Shown piece by piece: positions 61,861-64,000 of a stretch of DNA of 64,000 bases (position 1 is the first letter of the stretch; every line of letters starts with the position of its first letter). The stretch comes from Hemiscyllium ocellatum. Its lineage: Eukaryota. Where the stretch lies: positions 22,647,776 to 22,711,775 of the forward strand of contig NC_083418.1 in NCBI RefSeq assembly GCF_020745735.1, read 5' to 3'. Made by a program: the position numbers and the translations under genes. A model generated the notes under the pieces. It saw only the letters and a program-made list of their open reading frames with translations. It was not told the DNA's origin and ran no database searches.

Positions 61861-64000
61861 AAATATGCCACCATTAAGAATATGTAAAATACAGCATTCT
61901 TGGTGTATGAATAGCTGAGTTTGTTACTGAGCTGTGTGACTGTAAGAAACGTGCAGCAATGCATTACAGCTTATTTATACAGATTTATACAACTTTAACA
62001 TAGTAAAGGGTTCCAAAGTACTTCCCAGTAGCACAAAATGTGGCAGCCAAGTCTCACAGGGATGGGGGACTAAAAGCATGGTGAAAGAAGGAAGCTTAAA
62101 CAGCATTCTAAAGAATTTATTTGAGGTATAGAGGCATGAGATGGTCATTGTACAAGGTTGAGGTTAACGCTGACAATGGATACAGCAAAGGAAGTGGGGG
62201 CTTGTTCACGAGGCCAGAACTGGAGGAATGTAAAGTTATTGGACAGTTTTGGAATTCGGCAGGATTGCAGGGAGAGAGATTACATGGCGATTTTTAAATG
62301 GATGGATAAAAATTTTAAAATCCTGGCATTCATCGCTTGACCAGGAACCAAAATTGATCAGTAAGTACTGAAGGAATGACTCATCAGGACTTGGTGCAGG
62401 TTAAGGTACAGGTGAACTTGTGGATGAGCCCTTGCATTTCGAATTCAGCCTCTCCATGCAAAACTGATTGCCCATTTACGTAGTAAACAAAGAGAAGTGA
62501 AAGAAACTGGCCAGTTTCCTTCTTAAGAAACTAAACTAAAAACCAGGATCCTCTTCATTCCCTGCAGCTTTAATACAGGCATTGCCACTCGGTCATTTAT
62601 TATCTCCCCATAGTCTGTCAGCTTGCCGTATGATTATTACACAGTGCTGGCGCACTATGCAGCCTTATAATACACCCTCAGAGGCCTGAGGAGATGATGC
62701 GGAAAATTACTCTGATCTTAACAGCTGTCGCCTCAGCCATTTCCCCTAACCTACTCTGAAAAAAAAGGATTCTTTACATCACGGCAGAGGCTAATTATTA
62801 AGGCCAGCTCTCCCGGGTCCAAGTGGCTGCTAGAAATCTTTGCACTTATCCATTTTGTAGGAAAAGAAATCTTGCCTTCCCTTGCCTCCTCTGGTACAGG
62901 GAATTCCCACTGAAGCCGCTATCATTTTCTACACTCATCGTATGGACCTGAGACCCAGTCACACACAAGATATGAAACCATCCGAGCAAAGTAGCAAACT
63001 GCTCACCTGCATGTCCAATTTGCACAAAGATCGTTATAAATTGAAAGCATAAGCTGAGAAAGTTGGGAGGGGTAGGGAAAGGAGACTCAAGGACACCACC
63101 CTGCACGAAAACATTTTCTCAGCGCATGAAGGTGCTAGAGTCTTCATCAGTGACTTTGGGCTAGAGGAATATCAGTTGAGGGGTTTTACTCTGATTTTCT
63201 CCCAGACCCTGCCCTAAGTATTGCTGAAAATTAAACAACAAACCACTCAATAAACTCCAACAGTGTAATCACACCTCAAGCTCATCCTTGGAAACCAAAT
63301 GATAGGTCACTGACATTATTTGGAAGCAATTTGAAGGTTAGCAATCATATTACTGACAGAAAAGCACAGGGATGCCAAATCACACACTGTTGTGCAGTGT
63401 GACTGCATGGGGTGAGGACAACATTTGGGATTGGCCTGATATAACTCGAAAGTAAAATTCATGCCACACAAGTGCCCACCAATGAATGTCACTGACGATA
63501 GAGCCGAAGCACTTCCCCTTGACATTGTTGTTGTTGAATCAGCAGATCACCATCCTTGTTAGGGAGGGACAAAGTTGACAGAAACGAAACTGGAACAGCT
63601 ACATAAATTTTGTAGCTACCAGAGAAGGTCAAATGTTGAGTAGTGTATTCTGTGTTCGCAGTCCACACTCTGCAAGGCACAGGTTTGATCAAATACTCTT
63701 CCACTTGCCTGGATGAGCACAGCTCAGACAACATTCAAGAAGCTCAACACCATCCAGGTTTGATCACCATTGCTCTAAACTGACTCCGTCCGCCACTAGG
63801 ACAGAAGTGTGCATCATCTACAAGATGCAATGCAAAATTCTGGGAAGGTACCTTCCAAAATGGCAGCCATCTGGTAGATCAAGGAAAGCAAATTCATACG
63901 GGCACTGCCACGTCCAAGTTTCTTTCTAAGTCACCCGTCACTGATGAAAACTAAGTCATCATTATTTATCACTGCAGGGTTAAAATTCTGGAAATCCCTC

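Noticed and set aside
57452-64000. Further upstream DUSP8 (rhodanese-domain) exon
   Set aside because: No matching peptide with splice sites was recognised, and ORF 62846-63106 is not DUSP-like. The exon is probably beyond the window.

Overview
Vertebrate genomic DNA, almost certainly a shark (elasmobranch-type CR1/HER1 LINEs, HE1-type V-SINEs and Deu-domain SINEs; the species cannot be fixed from sequence alone). It holds two convergent protein-coding genes: the last two coding exons of ATG13 (+ strand, 2053-5089) and the last four coding exons of the MAP-kinase phosphatase DUSP8 (- strand, 48509-57451), followed by what looks like a ~5 kb TE-poor 3'UTR. The rest is densely nested transposon debris: CR1, Penelope-like (PLE), Tx1/L1, Rex1/Babar, L2-like, SINEs, a probable solo LTR and Harbinger Myb-gene remnants. 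Nearly all other ORFs in the track are TE fragments or antisense shadows. The most interesting signal is a family of short PLE-terminus insertions (about 100-380 bp, most with 10-15 bp target-site duplications) that carry a minimal hammerhead ribozyme (ATTC-CTGATGA-A-GGGC-TTAT-GCYC-GAAA-CG-TC^GAAT). At 56244-56564 an inverted arm ends exactly at the predicted GUC^ cleavage site, and at 29531-29660 both arms end at or within 3 nt of it. A head-to-tail ribozyme dimer and a triple 17-nt reiteration of the element's 3' end occur at 26141-26523. Together these suggest a DNA record of ribozyme-cleaved RNA templates, twin priming and reiterative priming. Hammerheads in PLEs are already known; the junction-level evidence is the inference here. 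TE boundaries were read by eye and are approximate.
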